Notes under the pieces: model-generated
Databases searched by the model: none
What the model saw: the letters and a program-made list of their open reading frames with translations, nothing else
What the model was told of the DNA's origin: nothing
Translations under genes and position numbers: made by a program
Assembly: GCF_000142905.1 (NCBI RefSeq)
Contig: NW_013657664.1
Coordinates: 1 to 64,000, forward strand
DNA from: Thecamonas trahens ATCC 50062
Lineage: Eukaryota > Protista > Apusomonadida
DNA length: 64,000 bases
Direction of reading: 5' to 3'
In this document: positions 10,730 through 20,879 of the stretch, piece after piece
Layout of the letters: every line of letters begins with the position of its first letter
Position numbering within the stretch: the stretch's first letter is position 1

Positions 10730-12255
10730 TTACGTTGACCTGCTTTCTCCATGCTGCCTGCTTCGTTCGCGAGCAAGAATGCGCGAGGTGAACTGGTATG
10801 AGCTGAGGTAGACGAGCTCGCTGGTCGGTGCGCTTGCTGACTCGGACGAGGTACGCGACGAGCCGCTCGATTCCGAGAGCAACGCCGCGAGCCGCTCGCG
10901 ATAGATCGGGGCAACCATGGCCTCGACGCCAGTCGGCCCTAGATCCGAGCTGTTGTCAAGGGCCCGGGTCGAGGCCTGGGCCCGCGCCCTTGCATTGGCC
11001 TCGAGCGCAGCCTCGCGGCTCCTGCCGGCGACCGCTACGCCGGAGATCGAGCTCGACAACGAGCTCGACGACGAGATGGAATCCATGGCAGGCGCTGCGA
11101 CGGCCGCGGTGGCCGCGTACTCTTCGTCGGTAAAGGTAAGGACTGGTATGGTGGCATCCGACTCGGTCGCGTCGACGAACGACGAGCCACGAGTTTCGTC
11201 GTCCTCGTCGCGATACGCCCGCGACGCAGCGGGGACAAGGGAGGTAAAGTCGAGCGCAGCTGGAGGATGCATGCAGAGCACCCGCGCCAGGTTGCGCCAG
11301 CCAGATGAGCCGTACAGCTGGTACGGAAGGCCTTTGATCGTCTCCTTGGTTGACCGACCAGCCGCGACAAGGTAGATGTGAAAGACGGCAAGGCCTCCGA
11401 CCGGCCACACAATGATGACCGCGTACACAATGAGAACGAGCGCGAGCGTTGGTCGCCCGCCGCTTCCGGCTTGGCCGAGCGCGGTCTGCTCCGAGCCTGA
11501 TGAGACTTCAAAGAGGTAGCTGAGGCAGAGCGCAATGATGAGGGTGAGGCCGAGCGTGGTCGACCACACAAACGCCAGATAGTACTTGTAGTTGCGGAGC
11601 CCGACGCAGTTGCCGGTCCACGGACAGTGGTGGTCAAAGTGGAGCACGCAGTTATCGCACACCCCGCAGTGCGAGGCTCGTGGCGGCCGGTACAACCGGC
11701 ATGTCTCGCAATAGTTGGCTGCCACGGTCTCGCCCTCTCTGCCGACAACCACCTCGCGCGCCTCCACAAGCTCGCCCTCGGCGCGGGTCCATACCCGCGC
11801 CTCGTCATCGGCCCGCGCCTGCCGCGGCACAATCCCGGGATCAGTGTACCGCGCAAGCACTAGCGAGATGTCCATCACCGCCAGCACCGCCAGCACCGCA
11901 ATCACCAGTACGACCCGCCCGGCCGTCGTCGTCGCCAGCGTCTCCGCCACGTCGTCCATCCTGTTCATCACGCTCATGAGTTTCCCTCTCGCCTCTACAC
12001 ACAAGCACACAAACACACACACATATGTCCCGGCGAAGCGTACAGTCCTGCAACAAACACGATCTGTGGGATGACCGTCGCGGCAAAGGCAATGGCAAAG
12101 GTGTGCCAGTCCGGCCCGGCCACAGCTCGGCCGCCGCACCCGTAGTGGTTGGACGATGGGTAGACCTTGTACAGCGGTACTCTCCGACTACCACCACTGG
12201 CCCCGGCCTCGTCCAGGTCCGTTCCGCCTGTGCTGCTCTCGCCTGCAGAGGTCAT
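10730..12255 (-). CDS. DHHC palmitoyltransferase (ZDHHC9/14/18, Erf2-like); exons 12255-12044 and 11960-10730
   Basis: [50 protein letters not shown]; the 83-nt GTACGC..AACAG intron 11961-12043 joins the frames. Confidence 0.9.
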
Positions 12256-12474
12256 GGCCTTCCACGCCGACGACAAGTGGTGCGCCCACTCCCGCACCCG
12301 CGCCTACTCTGGCGCCCGCACCACGCGAGCCTCAGCCCAGCCCACTCCACCGCATCAACTCGCGTGTTTGCTTTGCTGGCTGTTGGCTGCTCCTGTCCAC
12401 GATGGTCGGTGGCTGCTGCGCATCGGATCGACTGGCGCTCAGTTGGCTCAGTTGGCTCAGTTGGCTCAATTGGC

Positions 12475-13234
12475 TCAGTTGTCTTGGTGGGCCGAGGAGG
12501 AGGCGCGCTCCTGGCGGTGCTTCTGGTGCTGATGCTGCTGGAGCTTAAAGTCGAGCAGCTTATTGCGGTTGGGAATGGCGGCCTGGGTCTCGTACGAGTC
12601 CTTGGCCTTGTGGATGCGGGTGGAGATGGAGTCGAGCGTGTCACTCAGCATGACGGCAAACGACGAGGCCATGTCCTCCATCTGCGCCTTGAGCCGCGCG
12701 ACTTCGGCGCCTTTTCGGCCAGGATCTTGTCACGCTCAGCCACAGTCTCTTCCAGTGCCGATCGCGTAAGGTACAACTCGTCCTGGGTCGCCACCAGCTC
12801 GGCGTTGAGCGTGTTGATCTCGTCCATCAGCGAGTCTTGCGTCAGCTTGTACTGCCGCGCCATCGCCGACATGATATCAAATCGATCCGCCTGTTCTGCC
12901 TCAATCAGCTCGCGCGCCTCCTTCATAGCCTCGCCAAGGATCTTCTTCTGCTCCGCCGCCCGCGCCGTCTCCTCCGATCGGTTCACCAGCTCGCGCTCGA
13001 GTGCCATGATCCGCACATTGGCGCTCTGTAGCTTCTGCTTCTCGGTCATGTTGAGGCCATCTGTACAGCCATAACCGCATCCACCACAAGTAAGGCCAGC
13101 ACAGCCACCGCAACCACAACCACAGCCACCACAACCACAGCCACCACAACCACAGCCACAACAACCACATCAGCAACCGCGCCATGTCCGGTCAGTCTCA
13201 CCTGCCTGTGCCCTGAACCGCCAACCACCCCCCC

Positions 13235-13265
<31 letters not shown>

Positions 13266-13311
13266 GTAACCTACCTTTGGTAGCCTTGCCCTTCTTCTTC
13301 CGTCCCGACAT
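12475..13311 (-). CDS. CCDC153: Dynein regulatory complex protein DRC12/CCDC153-like; intron 13061-13274, one-base frameshift near 12710-12715
   Basis: Basic N-terminus MSGRKKKGK, RFDIMSAMARQYKLTQDSL, and after the shift EVARLKAQMEDMASSFAVMLSDTLDSI. Confidence 0.75.
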
Positions 13312-13809
13312 CCCAAGTGCGGTGTGCACGTACCGAGTCGTGCCTGCCCCGCCGAGTGCGCGCTCAACGGCTGTCACCCGACCTCACCGCCAACGCACTA
13401 CATTGTCATCCACAAGAACACCATCCGTGTAGCAGCATACCCACATACACGAACAACACGCTGGACACACGCTCAACGTGCTCATCGGCACCCTCAACAT
13501 ACCCAATATCGCCTTGTCGCTCCCATCACAGCTGACAATCATGCCCGACGCCTCCAGCCCCAGATCGGCACCATCCGCACACCACCCCCACCCCCTTACG
13601 GCGATGCCCAGCACAGGTCATGACAAGTCCTCATACACCAAACACGCCCCTCCCGTGCCTGCATAACTCCATTCCGTACGACTCCGCCCCGTTGATCTCC
13701 TTGCAGTGGACAAATCGCAGCCCACGTGGTCACTCGCTCACTCCGCCCGGCCCCGCGCGTTGACAAGCTCATACACTCCACCACTGCCGGCTCAACAGCA
13801 GCAGACGCG

Positions 13810-14613
13810 ATGGAAGTACTGTGGGAGCTTGTCAAGCCCATGCCGTCGAACATGGGCACGCCCAATGTGACGGACGACGTCCTGCTCGGCTTGGCCTTTA
13901 TGGTTGTCATTGCCTTTGCCGACTTTGTCCTCCTCCGCAACGTCTTCAAGTTTATGGTCGACGACAAGAACGGGCGGTACTTTACCCTCCATGTGGCCAT
14001 CAACGCGTATGTGGTCCTTGTTCACTTTGATGATGTTTACTACGCCATCACCGATCCATGGGGCTCGGTCTTTTGGCCTTGCGACAACCGCGGCATCATC
14101 GCCATCGCCGCCCTCCATCTCTACCACATCGGCTTCTACCAGCCGCTGCCGGCCGTCGACTGGGTCCACCACATCATCATGATCATCATCCTGCTCCCCA
14201 CGGCCTATCTGCTGCAGCCTGGCCCCATGCTCGGCGAGGGTGCGTTCTGGGCCTCGGGCCTCCCTGGCGGCATCGACTACCTCATGCTCGTCCTCGTCAA
14301 GGCCGGCAAGATGAACTCGCTCACCGAAAAGTCGTGGAACACCACCATCCAGACCTGGATCCGCATGCCCGGCTGCCTCTACCATGCCTTTGTCTCCTGG
14401 GCCGCCCTCATGCGCCTTGTAGGCATGCCGTACGATCCCGCCTCGCCTCGCCTCCCCTACGCCCTCCTCCCCGACCACATGCTGCCCATCACCATCTGCC
14501 TCATGATCACCGTCGTCGGCTTCTTCTGGAACGGGCCGTACTTTGCCGCCCGCGTCGTCGCCTCGCACGCCGTCCACACCGAGCGCAAGAAGCTGGCCGC
14601 CAAGGCCAAGTGA
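13810..14613 (+). CDS. TLC (TRAM/LAG1/CLN8)-domain membrane protein
   Basis: Multi-TM protein with YFTLHVAIN, DWVHHIIM, SGLPGGIDYLMLVLVK, WIRMPG, FWNGPYF and a C-terminal Lys-rich tail. Confidence 0.7.
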   Translation: MEVLWELVKPMPSNMGTPNVTDDVLLGLAFMVVIAFADFVLLRNVFKFMVDDKNGRYFTLHVAINAYVVLVHFDDVYYAITDPWGSVFWPCDNRGIIAIAALHLYHIGFYQPLPAVDWVHHIIMIIILLPTAYLLQPGPMLGEGAFWASGLPGGIDYLMLVLVKAGKMNSLTEKSWNTTIQTWIRMPGCLYHAFVSWAALMRLVGMPYDPASPRLPYALLPDHMLPITICLMITVVGFFWNGPYFAARVVASHAVHTERKKLAAKAK

Positions 14614-15322
14614 TGGTCTTGCCGCTGCCGGTTGCCGAATCGTGATGTGGCGGACACATGCCATGCCCATGGTCTCCACTACAACTAAACCACCCTGGCT
14701 GTCATACTCAACATGCTTGATGCGTGCCACGGGCCCGCCTCGTCCGTGATTTACAAGCCATAGCTGTCGTCCTCGATTGTACGTGTCGGGAACGATGGCG
14801 GCGATAGCATCACCGGTGGCAGCAGAACGAGATCATTGTCGGTGGCGGTGCATCGAGGTGTCGGTCCCGAAAAACGTGCGCTTGGACATCGACGGTGGCA
14901 AGGTCATTGTCGTTGCTGCCGTCCGACTCTGCGGCGGGTCCAAAGCCATCACTGGCGATGGAGGGAAAATGGTCGCAAGCAGCGCTGACAAGCACCAACA
15001 CGACGTTTGGCATCACTGTACTAGACTACCATTGACAATGCAGACAATATGTTGAGCGCATGAAAAAGTAGGACATCGAGCGACCGCATGTCATCATCGT
15101 GATCAGGTCGAGCAAGGCCAGCTGCGGAACAGTTGGAGAACAGTAAGCAATCGGCTGTCGCCCAAAAGACATCATCAATTTGGGCCTTTGATCCCGCCAC
15201 CCAACTCGACCCCGGCCGCAGCGCAGCATCACCTATCCCTTCCCGCGCCAGTTCCACGGCCGACCACTCCCTCTCCTTCCACCAACTGTGGCTTTCTCGT
15301 ATTGTTGAGCTCCGTTCCTATC

Positions 15323-16267
15323 ATGGCGACTCCGCCGCCGAACAGCATGGCCGAGCTCGAGGTTGTTCCGCCGCTGCTGGTGGACGCCCTTGACGAGACG
15401 CCGGCTCAGCCTGTGGCACTCTGGCGACGCTTTGTCGCGTCGGCCGTCTCGGCCTCGGTCTGCGAGGCCACTCTCTTTCCCTTTGACTTTCTCAAGACTC
15501 GCCTGCAAGTTCAGACTGCAAAGCGCGGCTCGCGATCGCACGTCTCGGTCTTTCGCCTGCTGCGGACTCTGCCGTCGCTCTCGGCCGCATACACGGGCGT
15601 CGTCCCAGCCGTCTGCCGCCACATCCCCTACTCGTCGCTCAGACTCGTCTCCTACGAGATCCTCCGTGACGGCCTCGGCCTCGCCCCAGGCACCACTCCG
15701 CTGCTGGGCCTCTGCCTCCTCGGTGGCCTCTCGGGGGCGATGGGCCAGGCACTCGCCTCGCCCTTTGACCGCCTCAAGGTCGCCGCGCAGATCGAAGCCC
15801 ACGCCGCCGGCCACCTCAAGATGGGCATGATTGAGCGCGTCGCCGCCATCGTCAAGTCCGAGGGCATGCTCGGCCTGTGGCGTGGCGTCGGGCCGAACGT
15901 CACCCGCGCCTTCCTCACCAACTTTGGCGACATTGCCGTCTACGACACCACCAAACACTGGATCCAGACCACCTTTGACATGCCCGACTCGCCGCTGCTA
16001 CACGCCAGCTCGGCGCTAGTCTCCGGCTTTTCCTCGACCGTCTGCTCCTGCCCAGCTGATGTGGTCAAGTCGCGGGTCATGGCTCTCTCCATTGGCGATG
16101 CCCACGTCTCGGGCTTCCGCGTCGCTGTTGACATTGTCCGCTCCGAGGGCATCTCTGGGCTCTACCGTGGCTTCTTTCCATGCTGGCTTCGCCTCGCGCC
16201 CTTTGGTCTCATTTTTTACGTCACCTATGAAAAGATGCGCGTTCTTGTCGGCCTAGATCCGTTCTAG
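15323..16267 (+). CDS. Mitochondrial carrier (SLC25), UCP4/5-like
   Basis: Three Px[DE]xx[KR] repeats (PFDFLKTR, PFDRLK, PADVVKSR), GLWRGVGPNVTRA, GFFPCWLRLAP. Confidence 0.9.
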   Translation: MATPPPNSMAELEVVPPLLVDALDETPAQPVALWRRFVASAVSASVCEATLFPFDFLKTRLQVQTAKRGSRSHVSVFRLLRTLPSLSAAYTGVVPAVCRHIPYSSLRLVSYEILRDGLGLAPGTTPLLGLCLLGGLSGAMGQALASPFDRLKVAAQIEAHAAGHLKMGMIERVAAIVKSEGMLGLWRGVGPNVTRAFLTNFGDIAVYDTTKHWIQTTFDMPDSPLLHASSALVSGFSSTVCSCPADVVKSRVMALSIGDAHVSGFRVAVDIVRSEGISGLYRGFFPCWLRLAPFGLIFYVTYEKMRVLVGLDPF

Positions 16268-18063
16268 TGCTGCCGCCGCTGTCGCCGCCGCCCGAGAAAC
16301 ACCGCTACGCTGACCACAACCGCCGACACCGCCAGCGTCGCCACTATGACGGACAGATGCGTTCTGGTGAACAAGACTCCAGAGGGGGGCACATCGTCGT
16401 CCACTTCGGCCACCTCGCTTGCGCTCGTGCTGGCGCTCGTGCTCGCGCTCGTGCTGGCGCTCGTGTTCGCGCTCGTGCTCGCGCTCGTGCTGGCGCTCGC
16501 ACTCGCGCTCGCGCTGGCGCCATCGCTCGACCTCTCCGCCACACCGACCCCTGCCACCACCTCAACGCTTGCAGCCACGCTCTCGACATCGCCACACAGC
16601 AGGTACACGACAACATGTCCCGGCGCAACAACGCCGGGCGGAAAGACTACCTCACCGTGGTCTTCTCCGTGTGCGAAGACCCGCTGTGTGTCGACTGTCG
16701 TCCCGTCAACGCGCCTCACTGCGATGGCGTCGAGGTACGAGGCCTCAAACTCGGCCCGCGCCGGCGCCCACCAACGAATTCGAGTCGGCGCAGCGGGGTC
16801 GATAGGCTCCACAACCTCGATCCGGGTCTCGCCGTCTCCGAGCCCCAGCTCGGCCCGTGCCGCGCGCCATTCGACCGAGCCGGTCATCCGGCCCCGGAGG
16901 CGGGCGCGCTCGGCGGCCTGCAGCGGCGTCAGAATGGCGACCGCAAGCTCGACCTGCTCGGCGGCAAGGCGAGCGGCGACGTCACGAGCACGCTTAGGCG
17001 GCAGCGCTGCCTGGATGCCGGCGTTGAGCTCGGCAATGTGGTTGGCGAGCCAGGCCTCGGAGACCTTTGTCCGCCGGGCCGCCACTGCGTCCCACTGACG
17101 GGTGTAGCGACGAGTGACATCGGCGACGCCGGTGACACTCACCGCGATGATGTAGTTGAGCTGCTTGCCCCATCCAGCCTCATACAGAAGCGGATTGTCC
17201 ATCTGCGACTCGCACGGGTCGCAGTGGATCCATCGGTGCTGCGCGGCGGACCAGACCTCGGTCCACACATGGTCAGTGTGGTCGTGGACATGCCGAGCCT
17301 CGTAGCCCATAGCGACGCAGCAGAGCGTAAACGCGTTGGCAAACTCGCCGCACTTGCCCATGCGGGTCTCCAGCAGCTTTCCCGGGTCGTTGTACCGCGG
17401 GAACCTCGTCTCGGCCCCGCATCCAGCCGCCGGGCAGCGGTAGATCTCGGTGACGGCAGCGCCAAACGCGGCCTCTTCCGCTGCCGGCGCCACCGCTCCT
17501 GCTCCTTGGGTTCCGCCGCCGCACGCTCGGCAGACCGGTGCTTGGCACCAAGCAAAGAACTCTTCCTTGAACCATGTGAGCAGCTGGCGGAGGAGCTCAT
17601 CGGCTATCGCCCGTCCCGACTGCGCCACGGCTGCCGCCGCCGCAGCTTCCAGCTTATCGCTAGGAATAACAGATAGCGCCCGTGCACGCAACTCATTGTC
17701 CTCGTACTTACGAACCTTGACCAGGCTCCCTACGATCGAGTTGGCAAACGCTCTCTGTCCCCGTTCGGCCGCCGCCTTTGCCGCGCCCTCTGCTGCCGTC
17801 ATCAGCTGGACGCGGATACCATCAGCGGCAGGTGCGCCGGCCATTTCTCCGATCCGAGCCGCAAACAAACATCCGCCATCATCTGCACAGCCACAGAGAA
17901 CAGCCGTCATAGGAGACGGCGGAGCGGTGAGGAGGTTGCTTCCCGATCGGCAGGTGCCCGCGCAGCCGGCGCACACTGCCACCGCCGCCTCGCTGCTTCC
18001 AAGCACCGCATGCGGCTGCACCACCTCTTCAAAGGGAAACACAATGCGGGTGCACTCGCCCAT
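16264..18063 (-). CDS. NGLY1: Peptide:N-glycanase (PNGase) with a Cys-rich N-terminal domain and a C-terminal TM anchor
   Basis: LLTWFKEEFFAW, Zn-binding Cys pairs, RFPRYNDPGKLLETRMGKCGEFAN, DHVWTEV, HCDPCE, PLLYEAGWGK, GRMTGSVEWRAARAE. Confidence 0.9.
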   Translation of the reverse strand: MGECTRIVFPFEEVVQPHAVLGSSEAAVAVCAGCAGTCRSGSNLLTAPPSPMTAVLCGCADDGGCLFAARIGEMAGAPAADGIRVQLMTAAEGAAKAAAERGQRAFANSIVGSLVKVRKYEDNELRARALSVIPSDKLEAAAAAAVAQSGRAIADELLRQLLTWFKEEFFAWCQAPVCRACGGGTQGAGAVAPAAEEAAFGAAVTEIYRCPAAGCGAETRFPRYNDPGKLLETRMGKCGEFANAFTLCCVAMGYEARHVHDHTDHVWTEVWSAAQHRWIHCDPCESQMDNPLLYEAGWGKQLNYIIAVSVTGVADVTRRYTRQWDAVAARRTKVSEAWLANHIAELNAGIQAALPPKRARDVAARLAAEQVELAVAILTPLQAAERARLRGRMTGSVEWRAARAELGLGDGETRIEVVEPIDPAAPTRIRWWAPARAEFEASYLDAIAVRRVDGTTVDTQRVFAHGEDHGEVVFPPGVVAPGHVVVYLLCGDVESVAASVEVVAGVGVAERSSDGASASASASASTSASTSANTSASTSASTSASTSASEVAEVDDDVPPSGVLFTRTHLSVIVATLAVSAVVVSVAVFLGRRRQRRQH

Positions 18064-18436
18064 GACCTTCGTCGTTCTCTCCGCCGTGTGGGTGCTGGCC
18101 AAGGTGGAGCAAGAGAGGTACCAGAGTGCGTGCTATGCTTGCGCGTGCGCGTGGGTGGACGCCTGGCCTGGCAAGGGGGGATGGCATTGGGAGGACCCAC
18201 CCATCGCAACCACAACCACAAGCATAACAACAACTGCAACCACATACTCTCCATCACTTTCCATCCACCACCCGATCCCATCACCCATCTTTTATCATCC
18301 GATCAGCCCCCCTCCCCCCCTCTTCCCCTCTCCCCTCTCCTCAAACCCTCCCCGTGTCACTCACCAAGACCAACCACACACCTCCACTCCCTTCGCTCAC
18401 ACCACCACTACACTCCATACTCCTCACCACGCACCC

Positions 18437-19083
18437 ATGGACTGGACTGGTATGTCACCTCCCTTCCTCTTCCTCCTTCCCCCTGCCCCCTTCTTCCCCT
18501 TCCCCACTCACTCTCCCTTCCCTCCTTCTCCTGACAGAGTTTGCCCTCGCCGACCGGCGACCTGTGCTGATGGCTATGGCGGACGAGGTTGCGGAGATGC
18601 AGAGCGCATCGGCAGAGAGCAAGGCCGCGCTGGCGACAAGGACTCGCTCGTTTGGCAAGTTGGACGAGGTGCGCAAGGCAAAGAACGTGGCTCGCTTGCT
18701 CAAGTTGTACCAGGATGAGATTGTGGCTCTCTCGGAGAGGGCAGAGTCGGCCGAGGGCCATCTGCTGGCTCTTGTTCGCTTCCTCGCCTCGGACTCGCTG
18801 CCGGATCCGGCCACTATGGTTCCGCGTCGTGTGGTTGAGTCTCTGGAGACGCAGCTGGCTGCTGCCAATGCCCGCATTGCAGAGCTGGAGGCTCAGCTCG
18901 CAGGCTCACCGCTCCCGCTGGCGCAGCAGCCGCAGACCCCCAGTGCGCTCTCAGCGGTCGCGGATGCGCTTGATGACGACGACGACGACGATGCGGCTGG
19001 CTGGGGTTCGGACGGAGACTGGGGAGAGGCATTTCCCTCGTCCGACGCCGAGCCCCAGCCCGAGCCTGTGACCCAGCCTGAGT

Positions 19084-19114
<31 letters not shown>

Positions 19115-20465
19115 TGCGCCGCAGCCTGCGCTCGACACTGTTTCGCTCGAGGAGCACAACGCGGCCATCGAGGCAGCTCGGGTGACCATCGGCGACCTAT
19201 CGAACAAGCTCAATCTTGCGGCCGAGCGGATCATGGCCGATGACGCTCGCTTCGACAAGCTGCGAACCGAGTACACCCAGCACCTGACCGCCATGCAGGG
19301 CCGTATTACTGAGCTCGAGACCGCCGCTGCCGCCGCCTGCGAGGCCTCCACCGACGAAGTCGACGAGCTCGGCGCCCAGGTCGAGCGCCTTCAGTCGCAG
19401 CTCGCCGACGCCCAGGCCGAAATCATGAAGCTCAACTCTGCTCTGGCCGCTGCAGAGTCCGCTACCCCCACCCCGGGCGCAGACGCCCGCGTTGCCGAGC
19501 TGGAGGAGAGGCTGCTTGCCGCAGAGTCACAGCGCGACACAGCAGAGACTGCCATCGACGAGCTCGAGAGCCGCATCATCGAGCTGGAGGAGCTGCAGGA
19601 GCATGCCTCCCGTGCCCGCTCGCTCGCTGAATCGCGCGCCGCTGAGCTCGAGGCTCAGCTGGCCGCTCGCGACGAGGCCGCCGCCGCTGCTCCTGCCCCT
19701 ACCTCTGCTCTTTCCGACGATGCCGCCGACGGTGACTGGGGCGCTTGGGCTGCCGACGACGAGCCCACGGATCCTGTATCCGCTAGCGCTGCAATCGATG
19801 CAGACGCCGAGCTCACTCAGCTCCGCGAAGCCCTTACCGCTGCCAACAGCGAACTCGCCGAGCTCCGCGACGAAGTTGTCCGCCTCAACGAGGCCCTCGT
19901 CGCCGCCCAGGCCACCCACGAGCAGACTCTCGACGAGGACGCCGCAGACGCCGACGCTACGGACGCCGAGCTGGCCGAGCTCCGCGACGAAGTTGTCCGC
20001 CTCAACGAGGCCCTCGTCGCCGCCCAGGCCACCCACGAGCAGACTCTCGACGACGACGCCGCAGACGCCGACGCTGCAGACGCCGAGTTGGTACAGGTCC
20101 GCGAGGCGCTCGCAGCGTGCCAGGCCGAGCTCACCAAGGCCCGCGACGACCAGTGTGCCGCAGTCGAGGAGATCGCGCGGCTCCACGCGGCACTGCTCAA
20201 CGAGCAGGCGACCCACGAGACGACTCTCGACTCGCACGCCGACCTCTCGACCGAGGTCGAGTGTCTGCACGCCGCTGCCAACGGGACCCCGGTCGCCGCA
20301 CATGCTCCTGCTGCAGCTGCTTTTGATCTCCACGCCGACATTGCTGACATTGCCGCTAACGTCCGCGCCCTCCGCGAGGAAGCCGCCGCCGCCGCACAGG
20401 CTCGTGCCCGCGACGGCGCTCTCCAGGCCATCCTTCTGCAGGCGCTCAACACACTCGGCGCATGA
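18437..20465 (+). CDS. Coiled-coil protein with a CASP/CUX1/Coy1-type N-terminal domain; exons 18437-18449 and 18538-20465
   Basis: Spliced N-terminus MDWTEFALADRR...LLKLYQDEIVALSERAESAE...LPDP resembles CASP ([20 protein letters not shown]..VPDP); GTATGT..CTGACAG intron. Confidence 0.7.
19857..20087 (+). repeat. Near-perfect in-frame 117-bp tandem duplication (39 aa x2)
   Basis: GCCGAGCTCCGCGACGAAGTTGTCCGCCTCAACGAGG at 19857 and 19974. Confidence 0.9.
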
Positions 20466-20480
20466 GCGACCCGGCCTGCT

Positions 20481-20836
20481 TTACTGTGCAAAGACTGCCA
20501 TAAACTCCTCGGGCGAGACGCCAATTGGCACATCCTGCGCACCGTACCCGTCGCCGCCGCCGGTCGCGCCCATCATCTCCGCCATCGTCCGCGGCCGCCG
20601 CGCCGAGCCCGACCCACGAGTCTGATTCAGCGCCCGCGTCGCGTTGGCGTCGTTGCCGTACCGCGTCTCGTTGCCAACCTCGTAGCCAGAGCCCGCAAAC
20701 GACCCAAACGACGCCTCCGACTCAAAGTCCAGTCCCTCGAGTCCGTCCAAGAACTCGGCGTCTTGGAACGGGTCCGGCGGCAGCTGCAGGTTCTTCGGCC
20801 GCTCCAGCCGGGTGTAGTTGTCCCAAAACTCGGCCT

Positions 20837-20879
<43 letters not shown>

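Noticed and set aside
14650-15260. Short ORFs between the TLC and carrier genes
   Set aside because: Short, interrupted and without recognisable homology
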